DNA from: Candidatus Eiseniibacteriota bacterium
Lineage (GTDB): Bacteria; Eisenbacteria; RBG-16-71-46; JABDJR01
Assembly (NCBI GenBank): GCA_963783375.1
Contig: CAWANH010000017.1
Coordinates: 32,001-96,000, forward strand
Direction of reading: 5' to 3'
DNA length: 64,000 nucleotides
Shown: positions 48,617-57,684 of the stretch, piece by piece
Layout of the letters: each line of letters starts with the position of its first letter
Numbering within the stretch: position 1 is the first letter of the stretch
Notes under the pieces: model-generated
Database searches by the model: none
What the model was told of the DNA's origin: nothing
Seen by the model: only the letters and a program-made list of their open reading frames with translations
Position numbers and translations under genes: made by a program

Positions 48617-49323
48617 ACGACGTCGGACTCCTCATCGTGGCCGCCGGGCGCGGCGAGCGGCTGGGGTACCCCGAGGACAAGGCGCTGGTGCCGCTCTTCG
48701 GCCATCCGCTCCTCGCCTGGACGCTGCTGGCCTTCGACGACTTCCACCAGATCGTGGAGCGGGTGGTGGTGGTCCCGCCGGGACGGGAGGATGAGTACCA
48801 GTCCCTCGTGGTGGAGCCGCTCCACCTCCAGCGCGACGTGGATCTGGTGGCGGGGGGAGCCGAGCGCCAGGATTCGGTGGCCAACGGTCTCGACGCCATG
48901 GGCGGGAAACCCCATTGGGTGGTGGTGCACGACGCCGCGCGGCCGCTGGTTTCCCGGGACCTGATCACCCGGGTGCTGGACACCCTGGACGGGGGGGAGT
49001 GCGTGGTTCCCGCGCTCCCGCTCCGGGACAGCGTGGCCCGGATCGGCTTCGAGTCCTGGCTCAAGGGATACATGGACCGCTCGGAGCTTCTGGCGGTGCA
49101 GACCCCCCAGGGGTTCCATCGTCCGGTTCTGGAGTACGCCCATCAACGAGCCAAGGCCGAGCACTACCGGGGAAACGACGATGCCTCGCTCCTCCTTCGC
49201 ATCAACCATCCGGTATCCTGGATCGAGGGAGAGGTCACCAATTTCAAGATCACCGTCCCCGGGGACGTGGAGCTGGCGGAGGCCGTGCTCACCAGCCGGG
49301 GATATCGCCGCGAGACGCCCTGA
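48613..49323 (+). CDS. ispD: 2-C-methyl-D-erythritol 4-phosphate cytidylyltransferase
   Basis: AAGRGERLG, GGAERQDSV, HDAARP, QTPQGF, NFKIT. Confidence 0.93.
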   Translation: MNDVGLLIVAAGRGERLGYPEDKALVPLFGHPLLAWTLLAFDDFHQIVERVVVVPPGREDEYQSLVVEPLHLQRDVDLVAGGAERQDSVANGLDAMGGKPHWVVVHDAARPLVSRDLITRVLDTLDGGECVVPALPLRDSVARIGFESWLKGYMDRSELLAVQTPQGFHRPVLEYAHQRAKAEHYRGNDDASLLLRINHPVSWIEGEVTNFKITVPGDVELAEAVLTSRGYRRETP

Positions 49324-49362
49324 CCGGGGGCGGCCCGCGGTGACGGAAAAGGAGATCACGTC

Positions 49363-49857
49363 ATGAGCGCCCTGCCTTTCCGTGTGGGTCATGGATTCGA
49401 CGCCCACCGCTTCGCCGCGGGGCGGCCGCTGATCCTGGGTGGGGTGCGGATCCCGCATCCCCAGGGTCTGGATGGACATTCCGACGCCGACGTGTTGACG
49501 CACGCGGTGATCGATGCCTTGTTGGGGGCGCTGGCTTTGGGAGATCTGGGCCGCCACTTTCCCCCCGGCGACGAGCGGTGGAAGGGGGCGGACAGCCTGG
49601 ACCTTCTCCGCCACACCCTGGCCCTCCTTCAGCACAAGGGAGCGCGGGCGGAGCAGCTGGACTGCATCCTTTACCTGGAACAGCCGCGAATCTCGGCGCA
49701 CCTGGACGAGATGCGGGCCCGCCTGGCCGAAGCGCTGAGCCTCCCCGCCGATCGCATCTCGGTGAAGGCCACCACCACCGAGGGGATGGGGTTCGTCGGG
49801 CGCGGGGAGGGGGCGGCGGCCTCGGCGGTGGCGCTGGTGTCGGTCAAGGAAGGTTAG
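49363..49857 (+). CDS. ispF: 2-C-methyl-D-erythritol 2,4-cyclodiphosphate synthase
   Basis: RVGHGFDAH, GHSDADVLTHA, SVKATTTEGMGFVGRGEG. Confidence 0.96.
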   Translation: MSALPFRVGHGFDAHRFAAGRPLILGGVRIPHPQGLDGHSDADVLTHAVIDALLGALALGDLGRHFPPGDERWKGADSLDLLRHTLALLQHKGARAEQLDCILYLEQPRISAHLDEMRARLAEALSLPADRISVKATTTEGMGFVGRGEGAAASAVALVSVKEG

Positions 49858-49933
49858 ACGGGGCGGCGTGACGACCGCGCCGCGTCTTCCGGCGCGGCCG
49901 CGCGGCGGTCCCGGTCACGGGGGGATTCGGAGC

Positions 49934-50988
49934 ATGCGCATCCTGGTGCTGATGGGGGGGAACAGCACGGAGCGGGACGTGAGCCTGGCCACCGGGCGGG
50001 GGGTGGCCCGTGCCCTCTTCGCCAAGGGGCACGACGTGGTGGCGCTGGACTCGGCGGACGGACGGCGGCTGAACCTCCCCGACCTGGAGAGCCACCGGAT
50101 CGGGGAAGCGCCGGGGAGCGCGGATCCCTCATCGTCGGACCGGGGCCCGGAGTCCGGCGCGAAGGCTCCCGGTCTTTCCGGCGCGGATTCGGGCGCGGGG
50201 CCGGTGGAGCGGCGCCTTGCCATCGTCCGGAGCCCCGACCTGGTCCGGGCCGACGTGGTCTTCGTGGCGCTTCACGGCGGGATGGGGGAGGACGGCACCC
50301 TCCAGGCGCTCCTGGACCTGGCCCGGGTTCCCTACACCGGCTCGGGGATGCTGGCCAGCGCCCTGGCCATGGACAAGGCGCGGGCCAAGATGATGTTCCG
50401 GGCCGCCGGGGTCCCGACTCCGGGGGGAGCCTCCTGGAGAGCCGCGATGCCCCGATCGACCCCGAAGCCCTGGGGGGATATCCCCTGGTGGTGAAGCCGA
50501 ACTCCCAGGGGTCGAGCGTCGGCGTGCACATCGTCGCCGAGCCGTCCGGACTTCCCGCCGCTCTCGACGACGCGTTCCGGTACGGGCCGGTCCTGGTGGA
50601 GGAGTTCATCCCCGGCCGCGAGGTCACGGTAGCGGTACTTGGGGGGCGGGCGCTTCCGGTGGTGGAGATCTTCCCCGACGGCGGCTTCTACGACTACGGC
50701 CACAAGTACACCAAGGGAAATACGCGGTACCAGGTTCCCGCCGACCTCCCGGAAGCGGTCGCGGCCGAGGCCGCCCGCCTGGGTGAGCTGGCCTTCGTGG
50801 CCCTGGGCTGCGCCGGCGTGGCGCGGGTGGACTTCCGGCTCTCCCCCGACCACCGGCTCTACTGCCTGGAGGTGAACACCGTCCCCGGCATGACCGAGAC
50901 CAGCCTCGTTCCCATGGCCGCCAAGGCGACGGGGGTGAGCTACGAGGAGCTGGTCGAGCGGCTGGTGGAGCTGGCGCGGGGGCGGTAG
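49934..50988 (+). CDS. ddl: D-alanine--D-alanine ligase (frameshift in G run 50422-50427)
   Basis: GGNSTERDVSL, ALHGGMGEDG, AMDK; after the shift YPLVVKPNSQGSSVG, FYDYGHKY, LEVNTVPGMT.TS. Confidence 0.92.
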
Positions 50989-51061
50989 GTCGGCTGGAGG
51001 TGCGTCGCGCCGGGCGATCGGTGGGCGCGCGACCGAACCGGGTCGCACGCCCGCACCCCCC

Positions 51062-52123
51062 TCACCACCGGAGCAGCATCATCTCCGCCGCGAACCCCGG
51101 ACCCATGGCGGCTACGAAACCGTACTCACCCGCGTCGATCCCGCCGTCCCCCCACAGCTCGTCCAGCGAGAACAGCACCGAGGCCGAGGACAGGTTTCCG
51201 TACTTGCGAAGGGCCTCCCGGCTCGCGGCGAGGGCCTCGCGGGGGAGCCCCAACCCGCGGCGATAGGCTTCGAGCACCTGGCGACCCCCCGGGTGAAGGG
51301 CGAAGTGGCGGATCCCGGAAAGCTCCAGCCCGTTTCGGGCCAGGAAATCCGTCGCGACCGGGGGGAGCGCCTCGGCGATGAAGGCGGGGACCCCGGGGTC
51401 GAGCACCAGCCGGAACCCGTCCTCCGAGAATGCCCAGCCCATGAGATGACCGCTCTCCGGAAACCGATGGGTTTCCGCGCTCGCCACCGCCGGGCCGGGC
51501 TCGGTCCGCCCGCCGCCCACCAGGACCGCCGCCCCCGCCCCGTCCCCGAAGAGCGCGGTCCCCACCAGGTTCACCTTGGTCACGTCCTCGAGCAGCAACG
51601 TCAGGGTGCAGAGTTCGACGGCGAGGACCACCGCGACGCCCTCGGGGCGCAGGCGCAACCGGTCCGAGGCCATGGCCAACCCCCCCGCTCCCCCCGCGCA
51701 ACCCAATCCGAAGAGGGGGATCCGCCGCACCTCCGGCTTCATCCCCAGGCGTTCGGCCAGAAGCGCGTCCACGCTGGGGGTGGAGAGGCCGGTGGTGGTG
51801 GTGAACAGGAACTCGTCAACGTCCCCGGGCCGAAGCCCCGCCCGGTCCAGGGCCGTTTGCACCGCCCGCTCGCCCAGATCGAGGGCGGCCGCGATGTAGG
51901 CGTCGTTTCGCTCACCGAAAGGCCGCGGGGTCAGGTACCAGTCCCGGGGGCGGGCGGTATAGCGGGTCTCCACCCCCGAGCGGTCGAACACCCGGAGCAG
52001 GCGGTCCACGTCCGGGAGTCCGCCGAAGGCCCGGCGGGCACCGTCCTTCGCCTCCTCCTGGGTCATGGGATGGGGCGGGACGGCGGTGGCCACGGAAGCG
52101 ATGCGGGGCGGGGACGATTTCAT
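51062..52123 (-). CDS. Type III polyketide synthase (BpsA/SrsA-like)
   Basis: Catalytic triad GLGCAGG, HPGG, YGNLSSASV; VELCTL; LFGDGA; MGPGF. Confidence 0.92.
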   Translation of the reverse strand: MKSSPPRIASVATAVPPHPMTQEEAKDGARRAFGGLPDVDRLLRVFDRSGVETRYTARPRDWYLTPRPFGERNDAYIAAALDLGERAVQTALDRAGLRPGDVDEFLFTTTTGLSTPSVDALLAERLGMKPEVRRIPLFGLGCAGGAGGLAMASDRLRLRPEGVAVVLAVELCTLTLLLEDVTKVNLVGTALFGDGAGAAVLVGGGRTEPGPAVASAETHRFPESGHLMGWAFSEDGFRLVLDPGVPAFIAEALPPVATDFLARNGLELSGIRHFALHPGGRQVLEAYRRGLGLPREALAASREALRKYGNLSSASVLFSLDELWGDGGIDAGEYGFVAAMGPGFAAEMMLLRW

Positions 52124-52339
52124 GCTGAATTCCTTCGCGGGGAACGTTTTTACCGGGCGGTCCGCAGGGGGACCGGGAAAGGTCGCCGTGGGCCGTGTAT
52201 CAAGGCTAGCACGGGGAGGTACGGCGGCCCGGTTTGAAAGCTTCTTCCTCCCATGCTAAGCTCTGACTTGTCTGAATCAACTTTGGTTTGATCGCGATCT
52301 TAGTCAAGACATCGTGCCTCGACCGGGTGGGAGGATTAT

Positions 52340-52729
52340 ATGCAGATCTCATTGAACGGCTTGCTCCTTATCGTGGTTGCGGTTGCCGTCATCATCATGG
52401 CGATCTATCTGACCCGATTGGCGATGCAGTTCCGCCAGGTGCTTGAGCGGGTGGAGAAGAACCTCGAGCACTTCGAAACCACGCGGCCCAAGGTGGACCG
52501 CATCCTGGACAATTTCGATGCGGAACTCGAGCAGATTCGCACGGTGACCGCACGGGTGGACGGGATCGCCGGTGACGCCGAGGACGTGAGCGGCGAGATG
52601 CGAAACGCGATCATGCCGCTCCTGCTACAGGTTTCGTCCCTGACCAGTTCCCTGCGCCACGTGAACGCGGCGGTGACCGGTGCCCAGGTGGGCATGCGGG
52701 TTCTCCGACGTCGCTCGCGGCGTCGATGA
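52340..52729 (+). CDS. DUF948/YtxG-like membrane-anchored coiled-coil protein
   Basis: N-terminal TM helix then long heptad-like helix; RBS GGAGGA; precedes YtxH-like gene. Confidence 0.7.
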   Translation: MQISLNGLLLIVVAVAVIIMAIYLTRLAMQFRQVLERVEKNLEHFETTRPKVDRILDNFDAELEQIRTVTARVDGIAGDAEDVSGEMRNAIMPLLLQVSSLTSSLRHVNAAVTGAQVGMRVLRRRSRRR

Positions 52730-52826
52730 CCCTCCTCGGGTCCCGGGCCGTCACGCCCGCCGGACCCGCGCGGATCGTCGATCGGCGGAAAACAATGAAC
52801 AAACGAGAAAGAAAGGTGGACTCAAA

Positions 52827-53180
52827 TTGGCAAAGAACAGTGATTCGTTGATCTTCTTCATGCTGGGCGCGTTGGCCGGCGGGGTGACCGCCCTCCTCAT
52901 GGCCCCCGACAAGGGGGAGGTGACCCGGCAGAGGATCCGAGACAAGTCCTCCGATCTCTACGGCCGGGGACATGAGGCGGTGGATCACGGGCGGCAGGTG
53001 GTGGAGGAAAAGGCCCAGGAGTACAGCGAGGTGGCCCGGGAGACCGCGCACAAGGCCACCGAGACGGCCAAGGCCAAGTCCCAGCAGGTGACCGGCGCCG
53101 CCCGCTCCCAGATGGACGCGGTCAAGGAAGCGATCTCCGAGGGCAAGGATGCCTATCAGCGCGAGCTGAACAAGGGCTGA
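52827..53180 (+). CDS. YtxH domain protein
   Basis: FMLGALAGGVTALLMAPDKGEVTRQRI; TTG start with RBS AAGGTGG. Confidence 0.85.
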   Translation: MAKNSDSLIFFMLGALAGGVTALLMAPDKGEVTRQRIRDKSSDLYGRGHEAVDHGRQVVEEKAQEYSEVARETAHKATETAKAKSQQVTGAARSQMDAVKEAISEGKDAYQRELNKG

Positions 53181-53335
53181 TCCGTGCGGCGGTCTCACGA
53201 GCCTGCCGCTCGGGAGGCGCGGATCGTCCGAACCGATCCGCCCGGGGTGGGGTCGTCGACCCCGCCCCGGGCGGGTTTCTCCGCGTCCGTAGCTCGCCGG
53301 GGTGATCCGCCGCGGCGGGACTCGCGCCTTGCCGC

Positions 53336-55609
53336 TCAGCGCGTCTCGACCCCAATCTCGACCGGTCCGGTTTCCGGGGCGGCCTCCGCGGGCTCGAGCA
53401 CCCGAAGCACCATGACGGTGACGTCGTCCTGGGGCTCCGCTCCCTCCAGGAACGCATAGAGCCTCTCCAGGATCCGCTCGGTCATCTCGCGCGCGGTGAG
53501 TTCGGCGGGCAGCTCCCGCAGCAGTTCCTCCACGCGCTCCTCCCCGAAGTCCTCCCCGGCCGCGTTCACCGCCTCGGTGATCCCGTCGGTGTAGAAGAGA
53601 AGCCGGTCGCCGGGGAAGAGGTCCAGGGCCTCCTCCTCGAACGGGATAGCCTCGAACATCCCCAGGATCATCCCCCCCCGAACCAGATGCTTCCGTTCCC
53701 CGTTCTTCCGGCATAGCACCGGGTAGTTGTGGCCGGCGTTGGAGAACGACATGGAGAGCTTCCCCTCGTCCACCCGGGCCAGGAAGAAGGTGGCGAACTG
53801 CTCGGTGGTCGTGCTCTTCACCACCAGGGAGTTGATGTTGGTGAGGATGGCGGAGACCGACTTTGCGGTGTCGGCCTGGGTGCGGAGCGACGCCTGGAGC
53901 ATGGAGGTGAGGAGCGCGGCCGGAACGCCCTTCCCCGAGACATCGGCGATGGCCAGGAAGTAGGCGCCGTCGCCGGCGGGGACCAGGTCGTAGTAGTCCC
54001 CGCCCACCTGGCGCGACGGGGTGTTCACCGCGTGGATATCCAGGCGGGACATGGGGGGAAAGCGTGAGGGAAGGAAGCTCTTCTGGATGCGCCGGGCCAG
54101 GTTGAGCTCCTCTTCGATGCGGGCCACCGCCAAGCGGTCCCGGAGGAGGAGGCCGTTCTGGAGCGAGATCGACATCTGGCCGGCCAGGGTCGACAGGAGG
54201 CTCACGTCTTCGGAGGTGTACTCGGTCCCGGTGATCTTGTCCCCGAGCAGGAGCGCCCCCACCGTCTCACCCTTGGTCCTGAGCGGAATGACCAGAGCGG
54301 CGTGGAACCGGTTCACCAGGTGGGAGCGATCGGGCCGGGGCATCTCCTCGGTGGGTCCGTAGAGCCGGAAGCTCTCGACCGCGGGATCGAGGCGCTCCAG
54401 CATGTCCGGGAGCGGGGCCAGGTCCTCCTCGCCCGGTTGCCGGCCGGAGCCGGTGTGAACCACGGGACCCTCGCGGGCCAGGGCGATCACGTAGGCGTTC
54501 TTCAGCATGAGCGCCTCGGCCACGGTGCGGATGGAGCGGGAGAGCATCTCGTCGAGGTCGATGTTGGTCAGGAGTTCCCGGCCGAGGTTCTTGAGCACGT
54601 TCCGGTAGTCGCCGGGGTCGCGCAGGAAGTACTGGTCCAGGCGCTCCTCCAGGCGGGTGAGCACGGGCTGGAAGAGGATGAGGGCGATGATCAGGAACAC
54701 CGGCTCGAACACCCGGGTGTCGATCCCGATGAAGCCGGTGAGGAACTGGTTCATCTGGACCACCACCGCCAGGTAGATCCCCACCAGGGCCGCCGAGGCC
54801 ACGGCATACAGGATCCCGCGCCGGGCCAGGAGCTTGGTGTCCAGGAACTTGTAGCGAACCATGGAGTAGGCGATGGCCCCCGACCCCACGGTGAGGGCGG
54901 AGATGGTGAGGATCGACCGGAGCCACTCGGTGAGCTGCAGGTTCAGGAGCGTGGGGATCGAGGACGAGACGCTGTACAGGGAGAGACAGAGGATGAGCCC
55001 CACTCCGATCACCCGGAGCTGCTGTTTGAGCCTCGGGACCCGGGCGTGCCGGTAGCTGTCCACGAGGAGGACGGCGCCGGCCACCCCGTAACCGAGGTTC
55101 ACCAGGGAGAAGAGCGCGCGGTGGATGGCCAGGAAGAGCTCGAAGAGAAGCCCGACCAGGCTCAGGATCGGGCCCAGGAAGTGGGGGAGGTTGAGGTCGG
55201 CGAGGCTCAGCCGGCTTCCGACCACCGAGATCCCCAGGAGCAGCAGGAAGTGGAAGATGTGGGGGGTGAAGACGAGAAAGTCGAAGCTCCGGACCTTCCG
55301 GGTGAAGGAGCGCTCGGTGGGGAAGATGCTGGCGAAGAGGAAGAGGGTGGGGAAGAAGAACTCCCAGAGGTAGGAGAAGTGCCCGAGGATGCCCTGGGGG
55401 AGGGCGCGGGCCGCCTCGTTCAGATGGGGGCTCGACCCCAGGAATCCCATGGCGGCGAGGATGGAACCCAGGCCGCCGAAGAACAGCATGAACGCCACCG
55501 CCCGGTTGAGCTTCTGGCGGGGATTCTCCCGGAGGATGACCAGCCCCAGGAGGAACACCAGCCCTCCCAGAACGAGATCCAGCGTGGCGAGGATGAAGAA
55601 GGAGTTCAT
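53336..55609 (-). CDS. Membrane-bound SpoIIE/RsbU-type PP2C phosphatase (multi-TM N-terminus + GAF + PP2C)
   Basis: Many TM helices; GAF-like IPLRTKGETVGALLLG; ARRIQ, VGGDYYD, ADVSGKGVPAALL, NAGH, YTDGITEA, DDVT. Confidence 0.92.
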   Translation of the reverse strand: MNSFFILATLDLVLGGLVFLLGLVILRENPRQKLNRAVAFMLFFGGLGSILAAMGFLGSSPHLNEAARALPQGILGHFSYLWEFFFPTLFLFASIFPTERSFTRKVRSFDFLVFTPHIFHFLLLLGISVVGSRLSLADLNLPHFLGPILSLVGLLFELFLAIHRALFSLVNLGYGVAGAVLLVDSYRHARVPRLKQQLRVIGVGLILCLSLYSVSSSIPTLLNLQLTEWLRSILTISALTVGSGAIAYSMVRYKFLDTKLLARRGILYAVASAALVGIYLAVVVQMNQFLTGFIGIDTRVFEPVFLIIALILFQPVLTRLEERLDQYFLRDPGDYRNVLKNLGRELLTNIDLDEMLSRSIRTVAEALMLKNAYVIALAREGPVVHTGSGRQPGEEDLAPLPDMLERLDPAVESFRLYGPTEEMPRPDRSHLVNRFHAALVIPLRTKGETVGALLLGDKITGTEYTSEDVSLLSTLAGQMSISLQNGLLLRDRLAVARIEEELNLARRIQKSFLPSRFPPMSRLDIHAVNTPSRQVGGDYYDLVPAGDGAYFLAIADVSGKGVPAALLTSMLQASLRTQADTAKSVSAILTNINSLVVKSTTTEQFATFFLARVDEGKLSMSFSNAGHNYPVLCRKNGERKHLVRGGMILGMFEAIPFEEEALDLFPGDRLLFYTDGITEAVNAAGEDFGEERVEELLRELPAELTAREMTERILERLYAFLEGAEPQDDVTVMVLRVLEPAEAAPETGPVEIGVETR

Positions 55610-55658
55610 GAATGCGATTCAGGCTTCGGGCCGGACGGCCCCCCGGCCGGCCCCTCCA

Positions 55659-56417
55659 TCATACGGGGGGGGCGGCGGGAAGGTTGCCGAGGAATCCCTC
55701 GATCTGGAGGCGGTGCCGGTGCCAGTGCATGATCGCGTGCTCCAGCATCGTGTCCACGTTCGAGACCGATCCCCAGTTCGTGAGGTAGGTCCGGTCCTCC
55801 ATGCGTCCTTCCGGGATCGGCGCCACCGTGGCCTCGAGATCCCGCCGGAGAGCGGCCAGGGTTCCCATCACCTCTTCCCCCGACGTCATGGCCATCACCT
55901 CCGCGGGGGTGTGGGCGGGCCCGGTGTCCGCGAGCCCCATCACCCGCCGGATCCAGGCCAGGTAGCTGTAGCCGCAGGCTACGGCGTGGCGGATCGCCTC
56001 GGAGAAGACGGTCTCCTTGGCCCCGCGGTGGGTCGGCATCACCAGGTGCTCGGGAGCCAGGCGCGCCGCGGCGGCCTCGAACTGGTCCTGCGCCTCCAGC
56101 CACAACCGTATGAGCGCCCGGGCCGGTCGAAGGTTGCGGTCGGCCCGCGCTTGCTCCAGCCGGGCCAGGCGCTCCTCCACCCCGGCGACGAACCCGGTCT
56201 CGGCCTCGGTGAGGGGTCGGCCGGGAGCCCCCACCTCCACGGTGAGGGTGGACCCTTCGGTGCGGTAGCGGGGGACGGCGCCGGTCCGGGCGGCCACCGC
56301 GCACAGGGCCGAGGCCAGGTCGTGAGGGCCCAGGGGGTCCTCGAAGGTGAAGGCGCGGGCGCGCCCGGTGTCGGTAACCCGCCAGTCGTCGGGGACTTGG
56401 GTGGTGTTTTCGGACAT
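55659..56417 (-). CDS. DinB-family protein with N-terminal pterin-carbinolamine-dehydratase-like domain
   Basis: C-terminal IRHAV..MLEHAIMHWHRHRLQI; N-terminal PDDWR..RAFTFED..LTEAE pattern; RBS AGGAGAG. Confidence 0.7.
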   Translation of the reverse strand: MSENTTQVPDDWRVTDTGRARAFTFEDPLGPHDLASALCAVAARTGAVPRYRTEGSTLTVEVGAPGRPLTEAETGFVAGVEERLARLEQARADRNLRPARALIRLWLEAQDQFEAAAARLAPEHLVMPTHRGAKETVFSEAIRHAVACGYSYLAWIRRVMGLADTGPAHTPAEVMAMTSGEEVMGTLAALRRDLEATVAPIPEGRMEDRTYLTNWGSVSNVDTMLEHAIMHWHRHRLQIEGFLGNLPAAPPV

Positions 56418-56535
56418 GGTCTCTCCTGGTCGGCGGCCCGTCGATTCCCGTGGGGCAGAGTGTACCCAATCGGACCGCGCGCGGGGACCGGCCGCCGCGG
56501 GCGGGATCCGGCGCCGGGCCGGGCCGCCGGGGGGG

Positions 56536-57681
56536 CTACTGGAACCGGAAGGTCCGTACCGCGGCCCACCCCACCGCGATCGTCGCCGCCGCCATCACCA
56601 CCAGGTGCCCGATCACCGCGGTGGGGGGATCCCCGAAATTCACCAGCTTGTGCAGCGCGTCCATGGCCCAGCCGGTAGGAAGGAAGAGGGCCAGGTGCTG
56701 CATCCACTGGGGGGTGATCTCGATCGGCCACCAGCATCCGCCCAGGGCGGCGAGCACGTTGCTGGCCAGGACTCCGATCCCCACCGCCTGGCCCTCGCTC
56801 CGGGAGAGGTTCCCGAGCACGATCCCCAGCATGGCGACCAGGGACGCGTAGATCACCAGCACCAGGATGAGGGTAGGTAGGTGCGGCCCCCAGTCCACCC
56901 GGAAAAGCACGGTGCCCGCGCCCATGGCGAAGCCGAGCTGAACGATCCCCAGGCCGAGCCGTCCGCCCCATTTCCCCAGGATGATCCCGCTCCGGGAAAG
57001 GGGGGAGGAAGCCAGCCGGCGGAGCAGGCCTTCCTTCCGCTCGATCACCAGCAGGATCGCCCCCGAGGTCAGCATCACCAGGAGCGTGAACATGACCATG
57101 GTCCCGGGGACCGCCTGGTCGAACCCGCTGGGGAAGACCTTCCGATGCCCGGCGCGCTCCACCTGGAGTTTCAGGGGGCGCGGGGCCTCCGCCATGGCGG
57201 CCAGGGTGGCGGGATCGGGGGCGCCGCCGGTCTCCGCCACCGCGATCAGGTCCCCCAACACCGCGTAGGCCGCCCGCTGCACCCGCACCTTGTAGTAGCT
57301 CCCGCCCAGGTCTTCGCTTCGGCGGGTCAGGGTGAGGGTCATCGGATGCCCGGCGATCACCGAGTCGGTGAAGGCGGCCGGAATCGTCAGCCGAGGCGCC
57401 TTCGAATCGGCGGCCAGGCTCTCCACGGGGACCAGCCGGAAATCGGCCTGTTCCAGGCGGCGAACGAGCTGGTCGGCGAGAAAACCCGCCTCGGGGGAGC
57501 GATCGAGGGCGAGGAGGTCGCCCCCGGGCGCGCCGGAGGAGCCGAAGCCCCCGGTGATCGTCCCGATGAAGAAGAAGAACACGATCGGCATGAGGAACGT
57601 CCAGAGGAGGGTCTCCCGCTGGCGGAGCATGTAGCGGAGGTCCTTCCCCGCGATGAAGAGGGCGGTTCTTCGGACGTTCAT
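56536..57681 (-). CDS. ABC-2 type exporter permease
   Basis: QAVPGTMVMF, IERKEGLLRRL.SSP, ALGGCWWPIE, PTGWAMDA. Confidence 0.9.
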   Translation of the reverse strand: MNVRRTALFIAGKDLRYMLRQRETLLWTFLMPIVFFFFIGTITGGFGSSGAPGGDLLALDRSPEAGFLADQLVRRLEQADFRLVPVESLAADSKAPRLTIPAAFTDSVIAGHPMTLTLTRRSEDLGGSYYKVRVQRAAYAVLGDLIAVAETGGAPDPATLAAMAEAPRPLKLQVERAGHRKVFPSGFDQAVPGTMVMFTLLVMLTSGAILLVIERKEGLLRRLASSPLSRSGIILGKWGGRLGLGIVQLGFAMGAGTVLFRVDWGPHLPTLILVLVIYASLVAMLGIVLGNLSRSEGQAVGIGVLASNVLAALGGCWWPIEITPQWMQHLALFLPTGWAMDALHKLVNFGDPPTAVIGHLVVMAAATIAVGWAAVRTFRFQ

Positions 57682-57684
57682 GGT

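Noticed and set aside
50415-50435. Programmed frameshifting or phase variation in ddl, mutA or udg
   Set aside because: Runs are short (G5-G6), no slippery heptamer with stimulatory structure is evident, and indels are scattered across unrelated genes; sequencing error is simpler
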